DNA of 63,999 nt, filler included, from Gonapodya sp. JEL0774 (GCA_027604505.1; 17 parts of 17 records of this genome joined end to end with filler, not necessarily neighbours in it), one strand, 5' to 3'; counted from the whole stretch's first letter, positions 12,547 to 24,158 are shown. The notes: generated by a model not told the origin, from the sequence alone. Made by a program: numbers and translations.

Positions 12547-14557
12547 ATGTCTGCTGAGATGCATACAACGGTGGACGTGGCGAGTCTTTATCCACCGAAC
12601 TTGAAGCTTCGAAATGTCCAGATTGTTTTTCGTCACGGTTGGTGCAGGATAAATATCCTTGAAACCTCCCCTTCTTTCATCTAAATGTTTGCGCCTTCCC
12701 TCTACGCATCCCAGGCGCTCGAACCCCAACTCGCGAGATTCCTTACCGATGGCTCCCCTCGGACACCTTCTCACGCTCATGTACTCTTGCTCCGGCCCTC
12801 CACAGTCGACTTTTGGCCCAGGAGCTAGCAAATGCAGCGAGGGAAGGTACTGCAGAGGAGAACCCGATCGACAAAGGGACCGGGACCGAGTCGAAGCTGG
12901 TTGACGCAGGAAGCGGCGGTGACGGATCAGAAGGGATCAGGACCAAAACCAAACCGTTGATTGCAACAAGGATCACTGGTCCTTATCACCCTTTCCACGA
13001 GGGACCTCTGCCCATCCATTCTTTCTTTGAGGAACGGGGAGGTCATCCCATTGGCGAGCATTCTCCATCGTTCTACAAATCCTCTTGGGCGTACAGAAAT
13101 ATCGTTCAAGCTCTGGATCGCCTTGCTACTGGTGCAGTAACGTGCGACATGGGTCAACTTACCGACAAGGGCAAATTGCACGTGCAGAGTATTGGCTCTC
13201 TCCTCCGTGACCGATACATTTCGAAATTGGGGTTTCTTCCAGGGCGCCTTGATATTCCCGACCTGCTCCACGTCCAATCCTCTGACTCAGCGCGGGTTAT
13301 GGAATCTGCTCAATTCCTCCTCTCTGGCTTGTACCCTTCTGCACATCGTCCACCTGATCTCCGACTGGCAGTTCACGTCCGCCCGACCAACACTGAATTT
13401 TTGTATAATCACCCCGCTGGATGCCTCCGACTGGCGTACATGTACGCATCCTTTCGCAGCCAGCTCACTGCCCTAGCTCGCCCGCAGCTCACTCAACTCG
13501 CATCCGCGTACCCACAGTACCTCCCACCGCAAGCAGCCATCATGCCTGGGTTTCCAGAGAAGCCGGAGGCTTTCGAGAATCAGGGAACAATCCATGACGT
13601 TTATGATACCAGCTCATGTTTGCTGGGAGAGGTGGAACAGCCATTGCCTGGGTTGACAAAAGCTGGGGTAGAGGAGATGGGGAGAGCAGTTGCTCGCGTG
13701 CATTACGGTGTAAGTGGTCGTGTACAGTGAATGTCCTTCTCATCATCACGCTACATGATTTCTGCAATCAGAGTTTCGGTCACACTCTTGAATTCGTCCG
13801 GATGACGATGGGACGTTTGGTGAATCGGATTGCTCAACGGCTTGAGATCGCTGCAGGACGACTTCCAGGAATCCCGGTTGATGAGAGAGAGCCTGATGTA
13901 GATGTTCAGAGGATAGCGAAAGAGAAGTTCGCTGTGTGGAGTGGGCATGATGAGTGAGTTTTCCAATTGGCAACAAAATATTTTGTCCTGCTCATTTCTG
14001 ATGAACGACTAAAATTTTGCTTCATTTGCACACTTTCTGCATCATTCGACGTGTACGGGCACTAATAGCACTATTGCACCATTACTGATCGCACTCAAAG
14101 CTTGGGACGGTAGCTTTCCGGAGTTTGGATCAAATGTGAGTTCCTGTCAAAGAGCGGTGGGTTAGTAGCATGGATCCGATCAACTCAGTAAGAAACTTTG
14201 TCGTGCAAAAAGGTGATATTTGAGCTCCTCGAGGATACGTCTACGCGCGCCGATCAAGCCAGCGATAAGACTCCACTCCCTTATAGCTCTCGTCACTCCA
14301 TTCTCAACTGGCGTGCACAGGCTTCACCGCTATCACCAGTCACCCCGCCAGCTCTCGGCACTGCGGCAGCCACCTCCCCTTCAACTCACTATGTTCGCGT
14401 CCTCCACAACTTCCAGCCGCTGATCCTGTCCTCCTGTACCGTGCGACACTCTGGGGACGGATCACTGTGTGAGCTGAATAGCTTCTTGAAGGATGTGGTT
14501 GGGGACGTGAGAGTTGGGGATGCGGAGCGGGAGCGATGGTGCAGCGAAGGTAAATGA
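12547..14557 (+). CDS. Histidine acid phosphatase (branch 2, ACP6-like), multi-exon
   Basis: VQIVFRHG|ARTP catalytic motif split by an intron; GQLTDKG, RVMESAQFLLSGLYP, VWSGHD. Confidence 0.9.
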
Positions 14558-15741
14558 GTTGTCGGTTTACTGTAGGAAATGGGAAAGGAGCTAGTAGTAT
14601 ATGGTATGTATTGCTAAGACACCTGGGAGAAGAGCTGTTTGTTTGTGATCAATTTGCTTTCATTCGTACCGATATACACTCTGTTCAAGGACGCTCGGTT
14701 GAGTAACACACATAGTGACTATGTAGCTGTGAAGGAGACCAGTGAATCAAGAACTGCAAATATTGAGTTGCATGAAGGTTTATCTGATAGATCTCTTGCT
14801 TGAGGAACTCGAAAGAATCTTGTGCTAGTCAGTCCTTTTGCGGTTTGACACATACTCGTCAGTGATGGCTGCCCACTAGGAAAAAACACCCGTCACTTGC
14901 TCAACCGCCATGAGCTGTCGCCGTCTCAGGAGCTCAAACGGAAACCACATTGAATATGAAACTGAAATGGCTGATGAGTGTCAACTGTGCAAATCTGACT
15001 GAGCGTTAAATTGAAAGCACACTGCACCTGGTCCCCATGGTCACTCAAGCTCTTCAAAAATGTCAATACCGACACCCACGTTCACTCCTGGGTNNNNNNN
15101 NNNNNNNNNNNNNNNNNNNNNNNNNNNNNNNNNNNNNTTAATTAATTAANNNNNNNNNNNNNNNNNNNNNNNNNNNNNNNNNNNNNNNNNNNNCAGGCGC
15201 GGGGACAGCACCTGGAACACACAGAGAGACCAACACCATGACGAAACACCACATTTATGGTATTAATTCGTGACTGCAACCGAGAAATCTTTTACAAATG
15301 CGCTCTCACCGTGCAAATCCGGGTCATCAGAATTGCTGCTGCTCTCCATGAGATTTCTGCTAAGATTTGCAACACGCAGCACCTCTTCGATAGCGTAATT
15401 GGTAGATTGATATGTTGCAAAGCTTATGGAGGATTTTGAAGAATTATTTGCGATGTACGGGAAGGGTGAACATGGTGTGCGGCAGGCGAAAAACCAGGGT
15501 TGCGTTGCAAGTGACTCAATTGTATTTGTCACAAATTGACTCATGAAATATATTCAGCATTATTGTACTACAGGAATGTGAAAATATCAGGCCAATCGCA
15601 GTCGATTTTACGAGTCAAACAAGCAGAGTTTTGTGCTCCCAATTCGCGCGCCTGAATTGGGAGGGCTCCCAATATTTTCCCTCATGCCACATACCTTGTG
15701 TGCACCAAAGTCGTGATAACTAAATTCTGCGCAACCTCTCT

Positions 15742-15960
15742 ATTGATGTGAAGTATCATTTTATTAGGGAACAGCTGCAGAAACGGTTGCTGAAATTGTC
15801 ATATTGTCCCACAAAGAGCAACACTGCAGATGTCATGACCAAACCGTTGTCAACGCCTGATTTTGAGCGACACTGCGCAGGGATGGGATTGGGAGCAGTT
15901 GGATAGTTGGCGTTGATTGGAAACAACACACTGGAGTGTTTTGTTTCAGGGGGAGTGTGA
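15742..15960 (+). mobile_element. Ty1/copia remnant: RNase H C-terminus plus polypurine tract
   Basis: IDVKYHFIREQLQKRLLKLSYCPTKSNTADVMTKPL...GMGLGAVG* (stop ends 15906), then AGGGGGAG-TGT at 15948-15958. Confidence 0.85.
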
Positions 15961-16170
15961 AGTCTTGGATGATACCATTGGTGACACAATAATTTGTATA
16001 CACTGGATTTGGACTCCGGAGATGATTTGGGGAAGTGGTTGGATGAGTCATCACTGTGGCCTGTGTGGCACAGCAGGTCAAAGTACATATAAACAGCCCA
16101 TTTTCCCATGTAGTGTGTGTTGTGTGAGAAAAGACAAGTTTGGAGTTCCAACATATAAGGGGACTCTGAC

Positions 16171-16413
16171 ATGCAAGTGCCCATAACTACTGCAGCCTAC
16201 GTCATCCACCAGCTTACCCAAATGGAAGAACTCATCATTGACCTCGGTTGTGGAGCAGCAGGATTTCGAGTTGCTGCCCTTTTGACCAATCGCAAGTACA
16301 TTGGGATTAAATTTGTCACTGATGTAGCTGGATCTGCTTTGAAGCACCTTAAACATTTGTTGAAGAGAAGGGGGCTCTTGCTGCTAAGTAGGCTTATAAC
16401 GGTTTCATCCTAG
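16171..16413 (+). pseudogene. Degenerate fragment resembling the C-terminus of an N6A/N4C DNA methyltransferase
   Basis: QVPITTAAYVIHQLTQMEELIIDLGCGAAGFRVAALLTNRKYIGI resembles the beta-class pattern KP..L...I...T..G..VLD.F.GSG....A....R..IGIE. An in-frame stop lies just upstream. Confidence 0.5.
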
Positions 16414-17017
16414 GCACTGTTTGTACACCTTGCCATTTAATTTGCACTTTATAGGTACATTGAATACACTACCTTGAAGTCTGTAGATGTGTTGACAGGT
16501 AAAGAGAACGTTCTCCCTCCACGCCTCAAGTGGAGACTGCCCACACTTTGTCAGTCAGCAACTCCACTCAAGACTGGTGTCATCGAGACTCGTTCTGCAA
16601 AGTGTCCACAAGACAAGGGTGACACTGAGGAGAATGTAGATGTGGGAGCTTCAGACCGCAAGGGAAAGAGAGTAGCACGTAGGCCTTCCTGCCTAACCCC
16701 TAGAGCTCAATGCTTCATTGAGAAATACTGCGTTGATGTACAGGCAAAGGATGGGTGAAGCAAATGTAGATGTAGGATTATCAATACATATTCAAACACC
16801 ATCTTTCACAAACCATTGAGGGCAAAAGATAAGAGGGAGAAGTTCATGTTGGATCTATAATGTACGTACAGATATGTAAGGAAACATGAAATAAGAGGGC
16901 TGTCCAGAGAAGTAATACTTAAGGGGCAAACAAAAATAAGTCAAGACAGAATATTCTCGGGCAGGGTTAAAACAGGATATGGAGGAGGGGTGGAGAAATT
17001 TTTGTGAAACAGGTTTT

Positions 17018-17098
17018 GCCACCATAGCTCAACAGGTTATGAGCCCGTACTGCTGACAGAGAGGTCACATGTTCGAACCCCAGTGGGAGGAAATTTTT
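17018..17098 (+). pseudogene. tRNA-like element (tRNA pseudogene or SINE head)
   Basis: A-box TAGCTCAACAGG, D-stem GCTC/GAGC, B-box GTTCGAACC and a T-run terminator; anticodon and T stems do not pair well. Confidence 0.55.
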
Positions 17099-17121
17099 CA
17101 AAGTGGTGGCATGCCAAACTA

Positions 17122-17395
17122 TGTTGAGATATGGGTGTTTTGACATTTCGGATGGCTCTAGCGCAACAGGGAGTGGGAATTCTGGGATATTAATGGAGCA
17201 ACATTACTCGCCGTAAAACTCTCTACAAGTTTGTCTTTTTCAGTTTTGTTGTAGTGTTGTTGGTTAGTGAGCTACACTAGGGAACATGGATAACTTGGTG
17301 CACACACTTCAGGATGGTGCTATGGTTGTCGGATAAACCAGATTAAGCTTTTTCTGTACGACGCGTTCGAATAAGTGAATCATGACCACTTAACA
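17122..17395. mobile_element. Solo LTR, copy 1, with 5-bp TSD AACTA
   Basis: Begins TGTTGAG, ends CTTAACA; AACTA on both sides; aligns along its length with 20822-21099. Confidence 0.9.
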
Positions 17396-18131
17396 AACTA
17401 TGAGTGTTCGACCATTAGAAAGGGAGATTTGTCTGGGTCAGGCAACCCTGAAGCAGAGATGCTGTCTTCAGGGGGCGTGTTAAGGATAAAGAGAGAATCC
17501 AGCACTCTGCCCCTGTACAGGTTTTGTCACCATAGCTTAACACAGTTGGTGTTCACCTGTCCTGTCAAATGTTCTTTCAACCCGAACATTTTCACCGCTC
17601 TCCATCCTCAGCTTCCACACCAGTACTCTGAATGTCCATTCTGCTCAGTTAGCTTTTTGTCCACAACCCTTGAGAAGCTCCATTGGCTTGAATTCCCCAG
17701 TCATAACGTCAAATTGGTTGCAGTGGTGAAGGTAGGAGTTTACAAAGGTCCTCCAGGCAGCAAATTGTCAACTCATTCCGGTTTTGAGACAATGGTGATT
17801 ATCCTGGGCTCATTACCTGTTGCAATTGTGGCTCTCTCTCTTATGTGGAACACGGTACAGTATAACCTGCTATCTCCAGCCGCAGTAAGTGCATACCATA
17901 CCCTCATTAGCTGCACGTCAAAACTGTCGTCCAGTACTGTTTGTGGGGCAGGGGGCAGTAGTGACATCACTCAATCAATACATGACACCAGGCACCAATT
18001 GCTTGACTATCTCTCCAATGGCATCAGCGTACTCTCTTCAGCAGTCCAAGCCCCTCCTCCATCTCCACCAGGAAATTTGAGGGTGGAGAAACACCCCCAA
18101 GAACGCGTTTAATCAGCATCAATGGAATCAT

Positions 18132-18497
18132 GTGATCCCAAAGATGAAATCAAAGTACCTGGTTCTGAAGGAACTCCCCCAATTGTCGTTTGTAAACCTT
18201 GTGGCCCGAATCAAGAAGATATACAAAACTGTCACCTATGCTTGGGACAAGAGTGGATTTGGATGGAATAGCACCAAATTTTTCATCACTGCAGCAGAAG
18301 GGGTCTGGGATCGTTTGAAGACTGAGGTGGGTGAGAACCGAGACTTGCAAGTGTCTGTGTGCAAAAGTTTCAATCTATGGATCTTCGGCTTCATGCACCA
18401 TTCAAATCAGCAGAACAAGAAGCGGGACAGCTACCATCCCGTCCAACCACCCTGGCCACTGTATCTGAAGGCAGCGGCAGTCTACTCTGGTCAGTAG
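18132..18497 (+). mobile_element. Myb/SANT-like domain fragment of the type carried by PIF/Harbinger transposons
   Basis: RIKKIYKTV...KSGFGWNS...ITAAEGVWDRL...PWPLY motif, in CpG-poor decayed context. Confidence 0.65.
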
Positions 18498-18659
18498 GTT
18501 GCACGTGGTAGGATGTCAAACCCAGTGAGCATCTGGATGATTCTGGCCGTGATGACACAGATCTAGAAGATGATGATCTGGAAAGAGTTATCAGTTACTC
18601 ATTTGGAGGTTTCAGCAGATTCTTGGGGGATCTTGAATCAACTCCATCTCACGCCCTGA

Positions 18660-18815
18660 CGAATCGAATACGAACCGAATATCAACGTAATCATAATCGC
18701 CCTTTTCGAACAAGCGAACATGATTCTGGAGTTTGTATCGAATATCGAATAATAAAATTGCTATTCGACTCGAATAGTGGCAACTTCTACGAATAACTGC
18801 GAATAATTCGAATAC
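18660..18815. repeat. Cluster of CGAAT(A)/TATTCG motifs, possible DNA-transposon subterminal region
   Basis: Many CGAAT(A) copies, some in inverted orientation, in ~155 bp. Confidence 0.5.
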
Positions 18816-18981
18816 TTTAGCAAAACATTAGCTAAACTACTCCTCATCATTTTCCACTTCCTCCACTTCCATATCTGAGTCNNNNNNNNNNNNNNNNNNN
18901 NNNNNNNNNNNNNNNNNNNNNNNNNTTAATTAATTAANNNNNNNNNNNNNNNNNNNNNNNNNNNNNNNNNNNNNNNNNNNN

Positions 18982-19160
18982 CGGTCGGTGCAGGCTCGAC
19001 CAATTCAAAAGGCATACAGAGTGGTGCTCTTGGAACCCAAGTTGTGTTAAGAAATCAACGGTGAGAAGGCAGCATATTGGATGGGTCGATAGGTTGAAGT
19101 AGTCCATAGGGTTTGTGACGTCCTGTGCGCGCCATTTGGCAAGAGACGCAAGAGCGGTGA
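18982..19160 (-). mobile_element. Ty3/gypsy integrase fragment; inverted copy of 21813-21990
   Basis: SCVSCQMARTGRHKPYGLLQPI (end of the integrase zinc-binding region); near-identical reverse complement at 21813-21990. Confidence 0.75.
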
Positions 19161-19173
19161 GAAGGCAGCATAT

Positions 19174-21301
19174 GATAAATGACTTGCCTCAAGCTTTCGT
19201 CATTGTCTTTGTCAACCTTATCTCCGGATACTTTTGACTTCGATACGGAGGAGGCGTTTTTCTTGCGGGATTTGGTAGGCCCATCCATGTCCATATCCAC
19301 ACCGGCATCATCGTCGTCATCATCCAATTTCACCACCTGTGTGCCATCATCCGTGTCATCTACAATTTCTGGAGCACCTCCAAGCGCCATCTCATCACAA
19401 ACCGTTGTTGCCTCGGGTTGGACACAAAAATCAGGGCGGGCTGGAGGGGAGACATCTTCGTCGAGGTCCGTGATCTCCTGCACAGGAGGTCCCTTTGATG
19501 TTGATGGATTTTTTGCTGCTTCTATGGTGGCTCTGAGTTAATCAGCATTGTTGTCATACATCCCTATGAAGTGAAAAGTGTACGTTAGGTTTACGTAGGA
19601 AAACTTAATGAAAGGTACACACCATTCTCAATTTCCCCAAAAAGCGGGTCGAATTGCATCTGCTGAAGGCGGTGTGCAAGGACCAACTTGCTGTTCTCCA
19701 ACGTCTCACGAAGGGCTTTCCTGCGCGCAAAGCTTTCCAACCATGCTCTGGCTTGGGCTTCTGTCACATGGGAAGGTTGGCTGAGGGGTAGTCTAGGTAT
19801 TTGTGCTGGCAGCAAACAACTTACTTCCTGGTGTGAGCTCTCATAAACAATTGGATTTTTCACGTACCTGATCTTCCTCAGTCTTCAGCTCCCTTGTGGC
19901 AAAGTTGACGTGCATATTAATGAAACTGAGGAGACCAGTATGGCGATGGTCGTAGATCCTGTTTTTGACCTAATCGGATGATGATCTAGAATCAGTACTT
20001 GAGCGGAACAAATCATCAATTGCATAACTTACTGAATCAAAGAAATTCACAATCACCATGAGTTTTTGAAGTGTGGTGACCTCCGTCCATTTCTCTCCTA
20101 CAGCTCCTGTGTTTGGGAGGAGCTTCGCGGTTGTGACAGACTGAACGCTGTGCCGTTTGGTCCCAGGATTCCTCGCAATGTATGCATTGATCTCGTCTGA
20201 CACATACTTCACCTGGTCAAACACATCCATAGCAATAGAGTGGCCATCCAAGTCGCTTGAGAGGAAGGCGAGTTTGCAAAGGACGTCTGCTGGAGTGTCC
20301 CACTAAGGTAGAGATGTGAACGTAAGGTTTGTGGTGTATGTGAGTTGAACAGTATACATACCCGGAGGGCTATAATCCATTGGTTGTGGCACTTTGAAGT
20401 GTCACCATCCTCTTAGTTTATCTCAACAGCCCCTTCCTGGCTGCACGTGCAAAACTTGACATTGACATCAAAACTAATCGCAAAATGTGACAAGTGCATA
20501 CAGATGGAAACCATCAAAGAGATCCGTTAACTTGGTCTTTGCTTTCCAGTATAGCTCGCCAAGATTGGTGAACGCAGTACGTCCATAGTTCTCTTTCCAC
20601 TTTGCCAGAAGAGAACGATTCTTCTAGGGACCATTGGTCCTCATGCGGTGCCTGATCCACAGTAGTATCTTAATCGTTTGTTCCCAATAATTGTGAACAC
20701 TAATACTCACACCAACTCTTTGTAAACAGGGTGCTTCTTCGACAACACGAGGATTTTTTTGAACTGCAATGTGTCCATCAACCGTGTTGGGATTTGAATA
20801 CCTCGGTGAGCAGGTTCGGACTGTTGAGATATGGGAGGTTTTGACATTTCGGACGGCTCTAGCGTCACGGAAAGTTGGAATTTGGGAATATTTAATGGAG
20901 CAAACTTACTTGCCGTAAAATTCTCTACAAGTTTGTCCTTTGCAGTTTTGTTGTAGCGTTATTGGTTAGTGAGCTACACTAGGGAACGTGGGTAACTTGG
21001 TGCACACACATTGGAGGACGGTGCTATGGTCGTCGGATAAAGTAGATTAAGCTTTCTCTGTACGGTGTGTTTGAATAAGTGAATTGTAACCGCTCAACAC
21101 GGACCACGTCTCAATGAGCATAGAAAGCCACTCGGCTACAAACAAAAACATTAGAATATATTCTGTTTTATGTAACGATCACTCACGATTCAATTCGACC
21201 ACTTCCATGTCGGCGGTTTCACCAGTGTCTGTAACGTCTTTGGGTCCTTGAAGCTTCTGGCGCATAGGTCCGTCTTGTCCAGGTTTGCGTTTAGGTGGCA
21301 T
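19174..21301 (-). pseudogene. Disrupted multi-exon gene of unknown function, interrupted by a solo LTR
   Basis: Starts MPPKRKPGQDGPMRQKLQGP|gtgag-type exon; several exon-sized ORFs, in-frame stop at 19970, LTR insertion at 20822. Confidence 0.5.
20822..21099. mobile_element. Solo LTR, copy 2, with 5-bp TSD CGGAC
   Basis: TGTTGAG...CTCAACA perfect 7-bp terminal inverted repeat; CGGAC at 20817-20821 and 21100-21104. Confidence 0.92.
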
Positions 21302-21536
21302 CGGCGTTTCTGCAGGGTGTAGAAAGGTTAGATTTTGGAACAAGACACACGTAGCTCATTCAATGCCGCATCCTTTTGCCTTAGCGCTCCGGCAAATGTG
21401 CCATTGCATGTTCCGTACACTCCCTTGGGGATGTGACTTTGTCCGCCAGACGAATTGATGCTTGAGAACGAGGAGCAAGAGTCGTCAAGGTGTCCAGCCG
21501 CCAACTTCACGCTTGTACAAGAAAAAGAGCAAGCAA

Positions 21537-21819
21537 GGTGTAATTTTGTCTGGTGGACGACTTCAAACAAGAAAAAGAGAGTCAAGAGTAGTCAAGTTGT
21601 CTGTCAGACGACTTTTTCCACGAGCGGAGAAAGTCGTCTGCCACACAACCTGATGCAAGAACCACAAAATCACTGATCCCGGTGTAATTTTGTCCGCCGG
21701 ACGACTTCAAACAAGAAAAAGAGAGTCGAAAGTAGTCAAGTCGTCTGTCGGACGACTTTTTCACAAGGGGAGAAAGGCATCTGCCTGACGACCTGACACA
21801 AGAACCACAAAATCACCGC
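21537..21819 (+). repeat. Two tandem ~144-bp units rich in GACGAC/GTCGTC
   Basis: GGTGTAATTTTGTC...CAAGAACCACAAAATCAC starting at 21537 and again at 21681. Confidence 0.9.
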
Positions 21820-22660
21820 TCTTGCGTCTCTTGCCAAATGGCGCGCACTGGATGTCACAAACCCATGGACTACTTCAACCTATCGACCCACCCAATATGC
21901 TGCCTTCTCACCTTTGATTTCTTAACACAACTTGGGTTCCAAGAGCACCACTCTGTATGCCTTTTGAATTGGTCGAGCCTGCACCGACCGTCATTCTTCG
22001 CGCCCCAATACATTCGGCTGGTGACAACGGCAAACCTCTACATGCCCACCTCAATAGTGCCTCCATGGTTGTGGTTGATCTGGATTGATTGGGGTCTGAG
22101 GTGAAGCCAACCTTGGACCTTGCAGGAAAACTTGCAGTTGGCACAGGATGGATTGTTCTGGTGAGTCTCATGTTTACAAACAGCTTATACAATCATGAAA
22201 TGTGGTGGGTACCCTTCCAGCACACTTCCAAGTGGATCACGTTATCGGAAGCACGGAAAGTTTTCGTCTCCGAGTTGGAGTATGAGAACCGCAAAATCTT
22301 CTTCGCAGATGGATGACATTGCAACATGGATGGATCACAAGAAGAAAAAGCTCCATTACTTCCTGGTTGCGCAATGCTTTCTGCAAAACACAACTAGCTT
22401 TAAAGTGGATGCACCCTTTGTGGGTCAGCTGCTGTCAAGTTTGGATGTTCTCAGGAATCTAAGGAGTGTTGGGAAAAGGCTTGTATGTCAATCTGGGTGT
22501 GGTGAAGGGCATAATTTGTAATCTCAGTTGTGTGCACAGAGAAAATATAGATAAGCAACCCAACATCCATCTCAACAGCTGCCTCCCTCCAAAGGAATGG
22601 ATGATGCTTTGAGATTGGCGGTGGGTTTTGTGTTTCATCATTCATCATAGAACTTACTCC
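21813..22660 (+). mobile_element. Degenerate Ty3/gypsy pol (integrase region)
   Basis: CVSCQ motif, LTFDFLTQL and a KVDAPFVG (GPY/F-like) remnant, with many frameshifts and stops. Confidence 0.6.
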
Positions 22661-22760
22661 NNNNNNNNNNNNNNNNNNNNNNNNNNNNNNNNNNNNNNNN
22701 NNNNTTAATTAATTAANNNNNNNNNNNNNNNNNNNNNNNNNNNNNNNNNNNNNNNNNNNN

Positions 22761-22792
22761 CCCATCCCATCCCATCCCATAATCCCCATCCC
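22761..22792 (+). repeat. (CCCAT)n tract at contig start
   Basis: cccatcccatcccatcccat...ccccatccc; truncated by the assembly break. Confidence 0.9.
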
Positions 22793-22874
22793 TTCGCCAA
22801 CTCACATAAAACCCATCGAACGCATCGATCAGCTCATACACAAAAACGCGCAACTCGAATCATCCCAATACTCA

Positions 22875-23716
22875 ATGTCCCCAGCCACTGATTACAATGT
22901 GTTTTTCGGGCGGATGCCCTATCCAAACCGGCTGCCCTCAATCGTAGAACAAACTCGTGGCCAAGGTACAGGAGCGATAGTGCAGAAGTTCGAGCAAGTC
23001 ATCGCCAGCACATTGCTGACTATGGGACAGAAGTTATCGAGCAGTCAAGTCAAATCCGAAAGAGAGGTCAGCGTCATTATCAGGCTCAGGAAATATTGTT
23101 CATCATCTTACATACTCTCTACGTCTGTAGATCACATCCAGGCTCAGCGAGCTAGAAAAAAGGCTTGATAAAGGCTTGCAAGCCATTGCGTCTCTCAAAG
23201 CGTCCGTAGATGCCTTGGTAGGAACGTTTGTGATGCGAATCTCCCTCATACACATCTCATCTCGTTTTGTTATCAGCGTGACGCATCCCTTCGTAACGAC
23301 GAATCACCTGTCTTGAGGAGAATCGACGAAATAGAACAGAAACTTGAACGGCGCTTAGAGGTTTCGGTAAGCTACCAACTGTCTCCTCACTCGGAGAGAG
23401 ACCATCACTCACTGAAAGAACAAACTCCCTTTTCAGCATGATTCTAATGCGCTTTCGCAGATTCTGTCCAGAATGGACGAGTTTGAACGTAAACACAAAC
23501 CTGCGGTGAGAGTGAACCGTTTTGGACTCAAAACTTGTATCATCAAATAGCTCACTGTTGCTTTGAAAACAGAAGACCTCGCGCAAGGAAGTCGACACTA
23601 TCAGCACTCGCTCAAGTAGAGCCCGGATAGATTTGGAGCCTAATCACACTACTCGAGAGCGTATAAGTAACAGGCGAAGTGCTCGATTACAACAGATAGG
23701 GCGGCGGAGTATTTAG
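22875..23716 (+). CDS. 5-exon coiled-coil protein of unknown function
   Basis: Exons 22875-23066, 23131-23217, 23277-23366, 23437-23505, 23573-23716. Four phase-0 GT..AG introns of 64, 59, 70 and 67 nt give one open frame; exons 2-4 each contain an R[LIM]xExE[KQR][KR]-type motif. Confidence 0.75.
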
Positions 23717-23723
23717 GAGTATT

Positions 23724-24158
23724 TTATCGTAGTTGTGTGACTTGCATAAACGATTGTGTCTTTGATGTATTGTCAATAGCTGGTACTGAATTAGGAGGTG
23801 TTTCCAACTTGAGTGACACAACATCGTTGGTTTGAAGAGGAATAACGTCTGAGCATTCAACAGCAACTCGTCCAGCGCGACCGTCTGTCAGAAGAGGCCA
23901 TGATGAATATGGCTCGCCATTCAGTAGGACGACGAGGCTGATATTACCAGTAAAGAGAGACGATGTACCGCATAGGACGAGGCGACCACGCACGTCATAG
24001 AGGCCATCGCGCGGTGCTGTATACCGTCCAAAGTTGAAAGTTCCCCCGCCTCGCACATATACGGGAACAAATCCGGTAACTGCACATGAACCAGATTGCA
24101 ATACGTTACCATGAATTGCCATTGCCCGTGCGGATGCCAAGTCAGAGTTGAACGCCAT
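23724..24158 (-). CDS. C1q/TNF-like beta-sandwich protein (putative virion fibre or receptor-binding head)
   Basis: GRYTAPRDGLYDVRG...VVLLNG...SDVIPLQTNDVVSL...SFMQVTQL follows the C1q pattern G.FTAP..GLY.F...L..GD.V; intronless. Confidence 0.7.
   Translation of the reverse strand: MAFNSDLASARAMAIHGNVLQSGSCAVTGFVPVYVRGGGTFNFGRYTAPRDGLYDVRGRLVLCGTSSLFTGNISLVVLLNGEPYSSWPLLTDGRAGRVAVECSDVIPLQTNDVVSLKLETPPNSVPAIDNTSKTQSFMQVTQLR

Noticed and set aside
15257..15439. Pif1/Helitron helicase fragment
   Set aside because: Only vague similarity; no intact helicase motif.
17018..17090. Functional tRNA gene
   Set aside because: Anticodon and T stems cannot be paired; kept only as tRNA-like.
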